Assembly (NCBI GenBank): GCA_049852185.1
Contig: CP187540.1
From: Methanocaldococcus sp. 28A
Lineage (GTDB): Archaea > AGJL01 > Methanococci > Methanococcales > Methanocaldococcaceae
DNA length: 64,000 nt
Direction: 5' to 3' (one strand)
The notes under the pieces are model-generated. The model worked only from the letters and a program-made list of their open reading frames with translations. It was not told the origin of the DNA and did not search any database. Numbering within the stretch: the first letter of the stretch is position 1; each line of letters starts with the position of its first letter. The position numbers and the translations under genes were made by a program. Shown in pieces: positions 54,084-64,000 of this stretch.

Positions 54084-55367
54084 TTATTTCATCTCTATGT
54101 TAGCTCCTAAACTTTTCATAACATCAACAAAATTTGGGAAAGATATTTTAACAGCCTCTTCTCCCTCAATTACTGTTTCTCCATCTGCTTTTAAACCAGC
54201 TATGGTAAATGCCATAACTAATCTGTGGTCATTATAAGTGTTTAACTTAGCCCCTTTTAATTTTTCAACTCCTCTTATAATCAAACCATCAGGTTTTTCT
54301 TTAATATCTGCTCCCATCTTTTTTAATTCTACAGCACATGCCCTTAGCCTATCACATTCTTTCAATCTAACATGCTCTCCATTGTAAATTTCTGTTTTTC
54401 CTTCTGCAAAGCATCCAAGAACAGCAATAGTTGGCACTAAATCAGGAATATCTTTTACGTCCACATCTATTCCTTCTAAGCTGTATTCTCCTTCAACAAC
54501 AACTTTATCTTTTTTAACTTTAATCTCTGCCCCCATTTCTTTGACAATGTCAATTATTGCTCTATCCCCCTGCTTTGAATTAGCAAATAAATTTTCAATA
54601 ACTAAATTTGAATTTATTAAAACCCCCGCTGCTACTAAATATGAAGCTGATGAGTAATCTCCTTCAACTATGTAATCTATTGCTTTATATTTCTGATTTC
54701 CATAAACTAAAAATCCATTTTCTGTTTTATCAATTTTTATACCAAATCTATTTAAAATATCTAATGTTATATCAATATATGGCTTAGATTTTAATGGAGT
54801 TGTAAGAACAATTTCTGTATCTTCTTTATTAAAAGGAAGAAGCATCATCAAAGAAGTTATAAATTGAGAGCTAATATCTCCTCTAATCTTTACAACATTC
54901 CCTTCTATTTTAGAGCTTTTAACAATTATTGGTGCAGTTCCATCCATTTTTGATGAAAATGCCTCTATATTTATCTGTTTTAGAGCATCCAATAAAGGTT
55001 GCATTGGTCTCCTTCTTATTGAATCATCTCCTGTTAAAATTGTATATCCTTTTGGTATTTGAGAGGATATAGAGGTTAATATCCTTAAGGTTGTTCCACT
55101 ATTTCCAATATCTATAATGTTGTCTGGTGTTTTTAACTCTCCACCTTTAACTAACCACTCATCCTTTTCTTTATCTAAAGTTATCTCAGCTCCAAGCATT
55201 CTACAGCCATGAACTGATGATAAGCAATCAGCTCCCCAGAGAGGGTTTATTATTTTGCTTTCTCCATCAGCTAAGGAAGCCCCAATAACTGCTCTATGAG
55301 TATAGGATTTTGAAGGAGGGGCTTTAACTGTTCCTTCCAATCTATTAGTTTTTCTTACAATTAGCAA
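54084..55367 (-). CDS. aroA: EPSP synthase
   Basis: PPSKSYTHR, GNSGTTLR, ISSQF, KECDR, DHRLVMA. Confidence 0.97.
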   Translation of the reverse strand: MLIVRKTNRLEGTVKAPPSKSYTHRAVIGASLADGESKIINPLWGADCLSSVHGCRMLGAEITLDKEKDEWLVKGGELKTPDNIIDIGNSGTTLRILTSISSQIPKGYTILTGDDSIRRRPMQPLLDALKQINIEAFSSKMDGTAPIIVKSSKIEGNVVKIRGDISSQFITSLMMLLPFNKEDTEIVLTTPLKSKPYIDITLDILNRFGIKIDKTENGFLVYGNQKYKAIDYIVEGDYSSASYLVAAGVLINSNLVIENLFANSKQGDRAIIDIVKEMGAEIKVKKDKVVVEGEYSLEGIDVDVKDIPDLVPTIAVLGCFAEGKTEIYNGEHVRLKECDRLRACAVELKKMGADIKEKPDGLIIRGVEKLKGAKLNTYNDHRLVMAFTIAGLKADGETVIEGEEAVKISFPNFVDVMKSLGANIEMK

Positions 55368-55485
55368 ATTATCACCATTTATAAATATTTGATTAATTCA
55401 TTCAATCAAAATAATAAAATTATAATATAAACTAAAAAGTTATTAGGTATTTATTTGTTAAGGATTTAATAAATTTGGTGAAAGA

Positions 55486-56001
55486 ATGATAATAGAAAAA
55501 ATAAAGGAAAGAGCTTTGAATCTATTAAATGAAAAGGAAGATAAATTTAAAATATTGGATTTTTCTTTTGCTTTACCTTATAGTTATGTGTTAATTGAAA
55601 GCAATGGTAAAAAAGCTTTAGGAGTGGCAATGACATTATTGGAAGAATATAGAGGACATGGAAATAGGAAGGAATTAAATATAAACAAAAGTTTAGAAGA
55701 TTTTATAAACATGGTAGATAGTTTTGATATTGTTGAAAGAACATTAGGATTAGCTGCAATAAATGCAGTATCTCAATATTATTTAAACTTTGAGGTAAAT
55801 TGTAGAGATGCCGCTGAGTTAGTTTTGAATAGGAATGATATAAAAAAAATTGCTTTTATTGGAAATATGATGCCAGTTGTCAATACGCTAAGAAAATCTG
55901 GTAGTTTTGATATATATGTGTTTGAGAGAAGCTCCTAATTATTGATGGATGGAGTTTTGAGTGATAGTTTTGAATATAGGTTATTACCGGAAATGGATGC
56001 C
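55486..56001 (+). pseudogene. DUF364/Rossmann-like protein, interrupted
   Basis: LGLAAINAVSQ, AFIGNM; in-frame TAA at 55936-55938, then LLMDGVLSDSFEYRLLPEMDA before truncation. Confidence 0.7.
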
Positions 56002-56344
56002 CCATATTTATTTATGTTATGAAAGGTATTATATGTATTCATAGATTTATATTTTATAAACAAATATTGATTAATTTGGATTCTCGAAAATCTATTATAT
56101 GAAGAATCATATGAAGTAATTTTATATTATATACTTATATACTCAAGTAAATTTATAATTTTATATTTTGGATTTTTATGAGGAGTAGATTATTATTATA
56201 AATAATTAATAAAGAACAGCACGTATAAATCGGAAAGAGGCTTTAAAAAACTTTAATTTTACTGATGAGGAAATTTAAGTAATAATATTTAGTATGAGAA
56301 AGCTTAAGGATGTGTTATTTTATAAAGACTAATCTGTGATTTGA

Positions 56345-57037
56345 ATGACTACTGCAATAGAGATTATTGAAATGCTTAGAATTATTGATAACAGGGCAAA
56401 ATTTGTGGGTATTAAATTAACTATGATGAAAAACTTATTAGTAAAATATAAAGATAATAAAGAATTATTAAAAGAAGTTTTAAAATTAACTGAAGGAACG
56501 CGGCTCCATGAATTAATATTAGAGGCATATCCTCCTTTAGAAGAGTTAAAAAAAGAACTTAAAAAAGAATCTCAAATTACTATAGCACCTGAAGAAGACG
56601 TAGAGAACAAAGAGGATATCCACGAATTTTGTGTTTTTGAAGGTAATGTTTCTATTATAGCTTATATAAGAGAATATCTAAGGAAATTCTACTTTGGAAG
56701 TAATGTAAAAAGAATTTTTTATGATATTGGTAAAGATTATGCAATTAGATTAGGAATTAATAATTATAAAGATATGATTGAATTTATGAATGAAGAGTTT
56801 GGAGAAACAAGTATTGAAAAATCTGAACCGTTAATAGTTATTATTAAAAATAATAAAGAATGCAAAAATTGTAGAGCATCGGAGCCTGTTTGTTATTTAA
56901 CTGCAGGATTTATAGCAGGATGTTTAGAAAATATGGCAAATAAAAAATATATTGTAGATGTTGTTGAAAAAAAATGTCAAGCAGTTGGTGACCCATATTG
57001 TTTATTTATTTTAAAAAAACTAATAAGATTAAAATAA
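56345..57037 (+). CDS. V4R domain protein
   Basis: EC..C, PVCYLTAGFIAG, EKKCQAVGDPYC. Confidence 0.85.
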   Translation: MTTAIEIIEMLRIIDNRAKFVGIKLTMMKNLLVKYKDNKELLKEVLKLTEGTRLHELILEAYPPLEELKKELKKESQITIAPEEDVENKEDIHEFCVFEGNVSIIAYIREYLRKFYFGSNVKRIFYDIGKDYAIRLGINNYKDMIEFMNEEFGETSIEKSEPLIVIIKNNKECKNCRASEPVCYLTAGFIAGCLENMANKKYIVDVVEKKCQAVGDPYCLFILKKLIRLK

Positions 57038-57047
57038 ATCTTAAACA

Positions 57048-57575
57048 TTAATCTTCTTTCCACATTATTGCAAAGTCCTTTAATGCTTTTTTTACTCTTT
57101 CAATATTTCCTTCAATAATTACTTTATCTCTTTCATCACTATATTCAAATATAACTCCATGCCACTCTCCTAAGTCACTTAATCTCTCAATTTGCATTTC
57201 TTTTTGAAGTTTCACTCTTATTGATTCAACATTTCCTCTTTTTTTAACTTCTTTATTATAGTTGCTTTTACTTAGAGGGAATTTAACATTAAGTTCTCCT
57301 CTAACTGCTTTTATCATCTTATTTAAATACTTTTCAGTCAGTTCAGCATCACACAAACTAAATAATTGAGATTGTATAAAGTTTAATTCTCTTTCAGCGT
57401 TTGATAATATATTTATAGAAGCATGAGGGTCTAAAATGTAATAAGAAAGGAGAGCGTTAGCTAATCTAAGTTTTTCAAAAACAATTTCAGGAACTTTAAT
57501 TCCTTTATTAACCAATTCAGCTGATAACTCAGATAATACAACCCACTGCTTATCTAAGTTCCTTGCATCCTTCAT
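57048..57575 (-). CDS. DUF2096-like methanogen protein
   Basis: KQWVVL, ERLSDLGEWHGVIFE. Confidence 0.75.
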   Translation of the reverse strand: MKDARNLDKQWVVLSELSAELVNKGIKVPEIVFEKLRLANALLSYYILDPHASINILSNAERELNFIQSQLFSLCDAELTEKYLNKMIKAVRGELNVKFPLSKSNYNKEVKKRGNVESIRVKLQKEMQIERLSDLGEWHGVIFEYSDERDKVIIEGNIERVKKALKDFAIMWKED

Positions 57576-57886
57576 TCCTTTAACCTCTCAAGATATCTTT
57601 TTAAAATATTTTCACTATCATAATTTATTCTAACATTCATCTTCTTAAACTCTTCCTTCAATTTTTCTATATCTGTATCTTTATCTATAAAAAATACCTG
57701 ATAACTGGTTGTAGAATTTATATTAAAGATGGCTACCTTATCATCATCTTTTAACTCTCTTTTGTCAATAGCTGCCCTAACTCTAACAAAGTTTTCTATT
57801 TCACTATTTAAAGCTTCTTTAACGGTCAATATTGAAATTAAGGTGGCAACAAACTCCATTTTGTTATGATTCATAATATCCCTCAA
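57572..57886 (-). CDS. DUF749-like methanogen protein
   Basis: FVRVRAAIDKREL, NINSTTSY, NYDS. Confidence 0.75.
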   Translation of the reverse strand: MRDIMNHNKMEFVATLISILTVKEALNSEIENFVRVRAAIDKRELKDDDKVAIFNINSTTSYQVFFIDKDTDIEKLKEEFKKMNVRINYDSENILKRYLERLKE

Positions 57887-57903
57887 ATTAATATAAATTA
57901 CTA

Positions 57904-58383
57904 TTACTCAAATTTAATTTCTTCTTCTGGTAATATGTAGAATACATAGTTTTCTCTCTTTGCTGGAACTTCTTTTAAGAATAATACAATTCCATTAACT
58001 GGGGCATTAACAAACCTTATATCTCCCTTTCTACTCTGCAAAGCAGCTATTCTATGTCCTTCTAAAATTCTACAACCAAAATCTACAATTGGATAAACTT
58101 TGTAACCCTCAGCAGGAATTTCTAATAATCTCATTCCCTTTCTAATATAAGTTAGTTGCTTAATACCTCCAACCTCATATTCAATGAGCATATCTCTTGT
58201 TACTTGCCCCATTAGTACATAGTTATCAAAATCATCATATATAACTTGATATAAAACCTTTCCATTCCCTTTATATTCCTCATCTTTATCTAAAAATTTT
58301 ATAACTTTACCATCATTTTCAATAACAACCTTTCTACCTTCATGTTTTTCTGCATTTTCGACATATAATTTAGGGATTCTCAT
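57904..58383 (-). CDS. DUF2118-like protein
   Basis: MRIPKLYVE, PAEG, SRKGDIRFVNAPVNG. Confidence 0.75.
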   Translation of the reverse strand: MRIPKLYVENAEKHEGRKVVIENDGKVIKFLDKDEEYKGNGKVLYQVIYDDFDNYVLMGQVTRDMLIEYEVGGIKQLTYIRKGMRLLEIPAEGYKVYPIVDFGCRILEGHRIAALQSRKGDIRFVNAPVNGIVLFLKEVPAKRENYVFYILPEEEIKFE

Positions 58384-58387
58384 TTTC

Positions 58388-58460
58388 TCACCATTTAGCT
58401 AAATTTATTGCTACATTCAGCTCACTATCAATTTATAAACCACATTGACTAAGAATACAA
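58388..58460 (-). pseudogene. Possible tnpB C-terminal remnant
   Basis: Minus strand QCGL*IDSELNVAINLAKW resembles the CG..DRD.NAA.NL motif. Confidence 0.35.
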
Positions 58461-58756
58461 TACTCAACAGCTTTCTCTACAATTTTGCTTATCAAATCGA
58501 AATAATTCCATTAATATATAAGTTCCTTTGGTTTCGGTATTTTCCATTTAGTTTCTATAAATTTTATAAATCTCTATTACTATAGTTCCATCTTTTTTAT
58601 ATTATTTTCTTTTCTAATTTTTGCATTCTGTCATTATAAATATTATAAATACTAATATGTCTCTTAAAATATGTGTCTATTTTCCAACTTTGTTTATATT
58701 CTTTATTTCTTTTTCAGGTATTCTAAAGTAAAATTTAAGAATACAAATATAAAACT

Positions 58757-59587
58757 TTATAGTTGATTTAGAAATAATTTTTTATCAACTTTTCCTTCTC
58801 CCTCAAATACATTTTTGAATTTAGTAAGATAAGCTCCTATATCCAAGAGTTTATTAACCTCTATATAGAAAGGAAGTTTTCTAAAATGTTCCCGCCTATT
58901 CAGTTCCAATAAATATCTCAAAATTTCTCCCTCATTCTCTTTGGTATTGTATCTTAATAAATTCTTTTTTATTTTATCAAATTTGTTGAGATTTAGGATA
59001 TTTACATTGCTACCAAAAATTTCTTTGCATCTCTCAAACATTTCATTAAATGTTTTACTGCTGAAAATATATCTTCCAAATTCTTCTCTTTCTTCCCAAT
59101 CAATTCTAAAATTCTCAAATATTTCTGTTTTACTATTATGTTCCATTCCACGTTCTATAATCTCCTCAAATTTATCAAAATAGAGTTCCTTTATTAATTT
59201 TATAGTTTCGTCAATAACTTTTTTATTAATATTTCCTTTTTTAATTCCTTTACAGTAATGTTTTATTATTAAGAGAGGAGTTCCATCCCATTTTACCATG
59301 CAACTGAAAGGGAAAATCATGCACATTAATGGTTTAAATTCATAGCCCTTTTCTAAATGAACTTTGCATAAATTGTTCTCTAATAATATACATCCTTTTT
59401 CATTAATTTTTAATCTATACTTAAACTCCCCTTCACAAGGTTCTATGGCATATTCATAATCTTTAAGTTTTAATTTATCAAAATAATTCAAATATATTCT
59501 CCATCTCTCACATGAACAACAGTATGCACAATTAATACATTTATAAGTTATTCCTTCAAATGTTATTTCCCACTCCATGATAATCAC
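58757..59587 (-). CDS. YkgJ family cysteine-cluster protein
   Basis: CINCAYCC, CILL...CKVH, KPLMCMIFPF. Confidence 0.85.
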   Translation of the reverse strand: MIIMEWEITFEGITYKCINCAYCCSCERWRIYLNYFDKLKLKDYEYAIEPCEGEFKYRLKINEKGCILLENNLCKVHLEKGYEFKPLMCMIFPFSCMVKWDGTPLLIIKHYCKGIKKGNINKKVIDETIKLIKELYFDKFEEIIERGMEHNSKTEIFENFRIDWEEREEFGRYIFSSKTFNEMFERCKEIFGSNVNILNLNKFDKIKKNLLRYNTKENEGEILRYLLELNRREHFRKLPFYIEVNKLLDIGAYLTKFKNVFEGEGKVDKKLFLNQL

Positions 59588-59618
59588 ATGAATAATTTTA
59601 TATACTATACAATAAAAT

Positions 59619-60371
59619 TTGATTATTAAAAATGTGGTGATGTTATTGATAGAACTTATCTATGCATTTATATTTGTTATTGTTGCAGTTCTTATTGCAT
59701 ATAAAGAGAGGTTGGGCATTGAGAAAAAAATACTCTATGTGTCAATTTTAGCTTTAATCCAGCTCTTTATTTTGGGATTTGTTTTATTATATATCTTTTC
59801 ATTTGGAATGATTGGAGCATTTTTAATGATTTCTGTAATGATTATTTTGGCATCATATTTAATTATGAGAGAAATTAACTTAGAAAATAAAACAAAACTC
59901 TTTATTTGCTTATTTATTACATTTTTAACTACTACCATAGTTTCATTAGCAATATTAGTAATTCCTAAAGTTATAAAATTTGAGCCAGTTTATGTAATTC
60001 CATTAATGGGAATGGTTATTGGAAATACTATGAACACTATCCATTTAGCACTAGATAAAATAATAGATTTAGTTAAATCTGAGAGAGATATTCTGTGGGG
60101 ATATTTAGCTTTAGGAGCCACTGAAATAGAAGCCTTAAAACCATTTATAAAAAATGCAGTAAAATCAGCAATAATTCCTCAAATGAATAGAACAAAATCT
60201 GTTGGAGTTATCTTTATTCCAGGAGCTATGGTTGGGATGCTATTGAGTGGGGCAAATCCTTTATACGCTGCAGAAATACAAATTATCATTATGTGGATGA
60301 TTTTAAGCTCTGCAGTGATTTCTGGGGTTTTGATTTGTTATTTAATGTATAAGGAAATTATTATGGCATAA
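59619..60371 (+). CDS. UPF0014/FetB-like ABC permease
   Basis: [31 protein letters not shown]. Confidence 0.87.
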   Translation: MIIKNVVMLLIELIYAFIFVIVAVLIAYKERLGIEKKILYVSILALIQLFILGFVLLYIFSFGMIGAFLMISVMIILASYLIMREINLENKTKLFICLFITFLTTTIVSLAILVIPKVIKFEPVYVIPLMGMVIGNTMNTIHLALDKIIDLVKSERDILWGYLALGATEIEALKPFIKNAVKSAIIPQMNRTKSVGVIFIPGAMVGMLLSGANPLYAAEIQIIIMWMILSSAVISGVLICYLMYKEIIMA

Positions 60372-60383
60372 AAAAGAAAAAAG

Positions 60384-61721
60384 TTATAATCCTCTTAATT
60401 GTTTCATCTTCTCTATTCTCTTCTTAATTAACTCCTTCTTACCAATATCACTTCTATGATAGACCTCTCCTTTAATATACTTAGTAGCCTCTTCAGCAAT
60501 CTTTTCAGCTTCTTCTATTGTATCAGCAACTCCAACTACAGCAACAGCCCTTGAACCAGTCATATATAGAGTTCCATCTTCTTCATTAACTGATGCATAA
60601 TGCAATATAGCTCCAGTTTTTTTAATAGCTTCTTCATCAACGGTTATTGGTTCTCCCTTAACAGGGTTGTCAGGATATCCTTTTGGAACAACATACTTAC
60701 AAACAGTAGCTTTGTTTTCAAATTCAACCTCTATATTGTTAAGTTTTTTGTTAATTATACCTCTACAAATTTCAACAAAGTCATTCTTTAATATAGCCAA
60801 TAAGTTCATTGCTTCAGGGTCTCCAAATCTTGCATTGTATTCAATAATTTTAGGCCCTTCTTTTGTTAGCATGAACTGCCCATATAAGATTCCTTTATAG
60901 CCACCAACTTCTTTTTTTAATGCTTTAACTGTCTCTTCCATAATTTCTTTTGCTAACTTTACATCCTCTTCAGTCATAAAAGGCAATTTGTGATTAGGAC
61001 AGGAATATGAACCCATTCCTCCTGTTATGCTCCCTTCATCTCCTTCTAATGCATGAGGGTGGTCTTGAACAAACGGTGTGAATTTTATATTGTCAATATC
61101 AACAAATCCGTGTAATGTGAACTCAACTCCTTCTAATTTTTCTTCAATTAAAACCTTCCCTCCACCTAATCCAGTTTCAAAAATCTCTTTAGCATATTTC
61201 TTTGCCTCTTCATTATCTTTTAACTGCTCTCCAACTACTTTAACTCCTTTACCTCCAGTTAATCCAACTGGTTTAACAACTGCTTTTATACCTTTCTCTG
61301 TTAATTCATCAATAAAGCTTTCCAACTCTTCTCCATACTCTTCAAATGCTTTATACATTAAAGAACCTTTTATATTGTATTTTTTGAATAAATTCCTCAT
61401 GAATTCTTTATTTGTTTCTATTTGAGCAGCTGCTTTTTTTGGGCCAACAGCTGGGATGCCCATATCTTCCAATAAATCAACAACTCCTACATCTAAAGGA
61501 GCTTCTGGACCTATAACAGCTAAATCTGGTTTAACTTTTTCAGCAAATTCTTTAACTTTTTCTAAGTCGGTTTCTTTTGCTAACTTTATCTCTTCTGATA
61601 ATCTTGCAATTCCTGGGTTTCTGTTTTTCATCAATGTGTATAACTTTACGTCTTCATTCTTTTTTAAAGCATGAGCTATTGCACTTTCTCTTGCTCCTCC
61701 TCCAATCAATAAGATTTTCAT
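60384..61721 (-). CDS. purD: Phosphoribosylamine-glycine ligase
   Basis: [27 protein letters not shown]. Confidence 0.97.
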   Translation of the reverse strand: MKILLIGGGARESAIAHALKKNEDVKLYTLMKNRNPGIARLSEEIKLAKETDLEKVKEFAEKVKPDLAVIGPEAPLDVGVVDLLEDMGIPAVGPKKAAAQIETNKEFMRNLFKKYNIKGSLMYKAFEEYGEELESFIDELTEKGIKAVVKPVGLTGGKGVKVVGEQLKDNEEAKKYAKEIFETGLGGGKVLIEEKLEGVEFTLHGFVDIDNIKFTPFVQDHPHALEGDEGSITGGMGSYSCPNHKLPFMTEEDVKLAKEIMEETVKALKKEVGGYKGILYGQFMLTKEGPKIIEYNARFGDPEAMNLLAILKNDFVEICRGIINKKLNNIEVEFENKATVCKYVVPKGYPDNPVKGEPITVDEEAIKKTGAILHYASVNEEDGTLYMTGSRAVAVVGVADTIEEAEKIAEEATKYIKGEVYHRSDIGKKELIKKRIEKMKQLRGL

Positions 61722-61798
61722 AATATCACCTTATATTTTTTAGAGATTATGGTAAATAATAAAAAATAAATGAAAAAGTAATTTAAATTTTTTACTAA

Positions 61799-61875
61799 TA
61801 GACCTTTCGCAGTTTATATACCCAATTAAGAAATTTATAAGGGTCTTTAAAACATATATTCTTTTAAGAGTCTTA
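61799..61875. repeat. Family 1 repeat (degenerate); end overlaps the adjacent stop codon
   Basis: TAGACCTTTCGCAG...AGAGTCTTA. Confidence 0.6.
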
Positions 61876-62385
61876 TTCTAATACAATTTCTCTATACTCT
61901 CTCTTTTCAGTATCTAAGATACCTATTGTTGGTATATTTGTAAGATAACCACAACATTCTCCTGGGTTTATAACTAAAACATCATCAACCTCTTCAAAAA
62001 CTCTCTCATGTGTATGACCATAAACAACAACATCATACAAACCAGATTTAATAGCCATTTCTAAAATAGATTGATGATGTCCATGAGTTATAAAAAATCT
62101 TAGTCCATCAATTTCAATTGATATAAAGTCCTCGATTATATTCTCTTCATTTATATTTTTTAACCATTCTCTTAATTTGCATCTCTCCCCATCGTTATTC
62201 CCATAGGTAGCTATGATATTTGCGTTTAAGTTTTCAAATTCCTTTATAACAAATAAACTAACAAAATCCCCACAGTGTATAACTGTCTCAACTTCTTCTT
62301 CATTAAAAATCTCTATAGCTTTTCTAATATTTGGTAAATGGTCGTGAGTATCGCTCATTATTCCAATCTTCATAATCTCCCCCAA
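61873..62385 (-). CDS. Metallophosphoesterase (MJ0936/YfcE family)
   Basis: SDTHD, HCGD, GNND, THG, GHTH, NPG. Confidence 0.94.
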   Translation of the reverse strand: MGEIMKIGIMSDTHDHLPNIRKAIEIFNEEEVETVIHCGDFVSLFVIKEFENLNANIIATYGNNDGERCKLREWLKNINEENIIEDFISIEIDGLRFFITHGHHQSILEMAIKSGLYDVVVYGHTHERVFEEVDDVLVINPGECCGYLTNIPTIGILDTEKREYREIVLE

Positions 62386-62415
62386 AAGAGATTTATGGAT
62401 TTATAATACTTTTTA

Positions 62416-63072
62416 TTAAATCCTTCTATAATAATTTTTTGTTGAATTATTTTTCTTTAAATATTCTATTGCTTCGGCTATTAAGTCAACAACATACTTT
62501 ACATTTTCACTTTTAATTATTACACTGTCTGATGTTGCAACAACCTCCTTATGCTTTAACTCATAATCACAATTTTTAACACAAAAAACCTCTCCTTCAA
62601 TATCAAAAGCTTTCATTTTCTCTCTAATCTTTTTAGCTAATATTCCACTTTTAGATACCTGTGAATCTAAATAAATAACAACTTTTATATTATAAGGCTT
62701 AAGGATTTTTAATAAAATCTCAATTACTTTGTCAATGTATTCATTTATCTTATAATTTCCATAAACATTTTCAAAGTCTCTATAAATGTTATCATCACAC
62801 AAAATAATGTCATTACCTTTAATCAAAGCTTCTAAACCTATAAGAACATTAAAACCATCTATATACAATGTCTCTCTTTTAATATCTTTTAACTTTTTTA
62901 ATTTACTCTTAGTTAATTTTATCTCCTCATCTGTGTGTGTTGTCCTAACAATTTTTAATCTATCTTCTCTACTCAACTTATAATGATTAGCAACAAAATT
63001 TAATGCAATATCTTTTTTATATCCTCTATTTATCAAATATCTAAAATCTTCTATAGCTTTTTCAATACTCAT
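62416..63072 (-). CDS. DUF434 domain protein
   Basis: YLINRGY, IDGFNVLI, ATSDSVI. Confidence 0.85.
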   Translation of the reverse strand: MSIEKAIEDFRYLINRGYKKDIALNFVANHYKLSREDRLKIVRTTHTDEEIKLTKSKLKKLKDIKRETLYIDGFNVLIGLEALIKGNDIILCDDNIYRDFENVYGNYKINEYIDKVIEILLKILKPYNIKVVIYLDSQVSKSGILAKKIREKMKAFDIEGEVFCVKNCDYELKHKEVVATSDSVIIKSENVKYVVDLIAEAIEYLKKNNSTKNYYRRI

Positions 63073-63682
63073 ATTTTCCCCTTATGGGACAGACTTCTTC
63101 ACATTCTCTACAAAATATACAGCTGTCTATATCTACTTTAACAATTAGAGAGTTTATGTATTCATCAGGTGTTAAAATAGCTTGTAATTGGCATTTTTCA
63201 ATACATTTTAAGCAGAGCTTACATTTCTCAGGGTTTATTTCTTTATTTGTTATATCAATAGCTTCACATTCACATAAACCACAACTATTGCATCTATCTT
63301 TTAAGATAACAGGTGTTTTGGGTTTAGGAATTTCTCTTTTTATTGTAGGAATTGGACAAAATAACACGCAGATTCCACATTTTGTGCATTTATTTATATC
63401 TATAGAGAATCTATCCTTTATTATTGCATTGTTTGGGCAAACCTCTAAGCAAGTTCTACAGGTGGAGCATATAATTTCTCTGAACTTAAAAATCTTTATT
63501 GCATTTGTAGGGCATACATCTACACAAAGACCACAACCTATACATTCAATTAATTGTATGGGTTTAGTTTTTGAAGGTTTTGAAAACTTATTCTTATTTG
63601 TTAAAAAAATACTCCTTATTAGGGTTTTTATTAATCCTACCCCTTTAAAAATTTTGTAAAATTCTTCTTCCATAAACCTCAC
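63062..63682 (-). CDS. 4Fe-4S polyferredoxin
   Basis: Multiple CxxCxxCxxxCP motifs. Confidence 0.9.
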   Translation of the reverse strand: MRFMEEEFYKIFKGVGLIKTLIRSIFLTNKNKFSKPSKTKPIQLIECIGCGLCVDVCPTNAIKIFKFREIICSTCRTCLEVCPNNAIIKDRFSIDINKCTKCGICVLFCPIPTIKREIPKPKTPVILKDRCNSCGLCECEAIDITNKEINPEKCKLCLKCIEKCQLQAILTPDEYINSLIVKVDIDSCIFCRECEEVCPIRGKYEY

Positions 63683-63736
63683 TTAAAATATTTTTAAATA
63701 TTTAAATTTATAGATTAATTGTTCTAAAATAAAAAT

Positions 63737-63814
63737 TGGCGCCCTGGCCGGGATTTGAACCCGAGTCACGGGAGTGACAGTCCCGTATGATAGGCCGGGC
63801 TACACCACCAGGGC
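63737..63814 (-). tRNA. tRNA-Asp(GTC)
   Basis: GCCCTGGTGGTGTAG...CGGGA-CT-GTC-AC-TCCCG...; CCA encoded. Confidence 0.97.
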
Positions 63815-63859
63815 ATTGTAATGCCAAGGAAAACCTTGAGAATTTAAAACAATAAAAAA

Positions 63860-63979
63860 TGGCCGGCGGCGTCGCCCCTTTCCCGCCAGATGGCAGTACT
63901 CGGGGCATCGCTGGGGGGCTTAACTTCCGAGTTCGGGATGGGTTCGGGTGTGGCCCCCCCCGCTATGACCGCCGTACCA
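63860..63979 (-). rRNA. rrf: 5S rRNA
   Basis: GGCGGTCATAGCG...CCCATCCCGAACTCGGAAGTTAAGCC. Confidence 0.97.
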
Positions 63980-63986
63980 AGAGATA

Positions 63987-64000
63987 TGGCGGGCCCGAAG
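63987..64000 (-). tRNA. 3' end of a tRNA (probably Lys), cut by window edge
   Basis: Minus strand ...CTTCGGGCCCGCCA; known Methanococcales tRNA-Lys-5S-Asp arrangement. Confidence 0.6.

Noticed and set aside
56260-56280. CTGATGAG-GAAA hammerhead-like core
   Set aside because: No stem II or flanking stems
186-63659. Many short opposite-strand ORFs in the track (e.g. 897-1331, 5191-5565, 30439-30810, 53449-53919, 63084-63659)
   Set aside because: Antisense shadows of well-supported genes, with Ser/Phe/Ile-rich composition
63708-63908. 66-aa ORF
   Set aside because: Overlaps tRNA-Asp and 5S rRNA
1-64000. Selenoprotein UGA readthrough/SECIS and cas genes
   Set aside because: No in-frame UGA in conserved ORFs and no Cas motifs seen

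Overview
AT-rich window from a hyperthermophilic methanogen, most likely a Methanocaldococcus species (genes closely match M. jannaschii orthologues). It is mostly housekeeping. Contents in order: the rpoH-B''-B'-A'-A''-L30e-nusA-S12-S7 operon, trpBA, U32 protein/NCX/TfrB, methanogenesis marker 7, RtcB with two inteins, transketolase/rpe, mch/mptE/glgP, rpoE'-spt4-S24e-S27ae, tyrS, rpoL, L1-L10-L12, TBP, hisH, aksA, aroA, purD and a tRNA/5S cluster. The intergenic DNA is more interesting. It holds an orphan 7-repeat CRISPR array whose spacers read mostly antisense to coding-like sequence, and a C/D box sRNA. It also holds two families of TA-flanked palindromic mini-elements and several IS remnants, including a frameshifted tnpB with its right-end RNA. 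The most notable feature sits beside the CRISPR array: a 333-bp protein-less IS200/IS605-type element that keeps both end hairpins and appears to carry its own promoter for an omegaRNA-like guide RNA. That element is nested inside a palindromic repeat, which is nested inside a decayed IS481 element. All calls are by eye; no searches were run.
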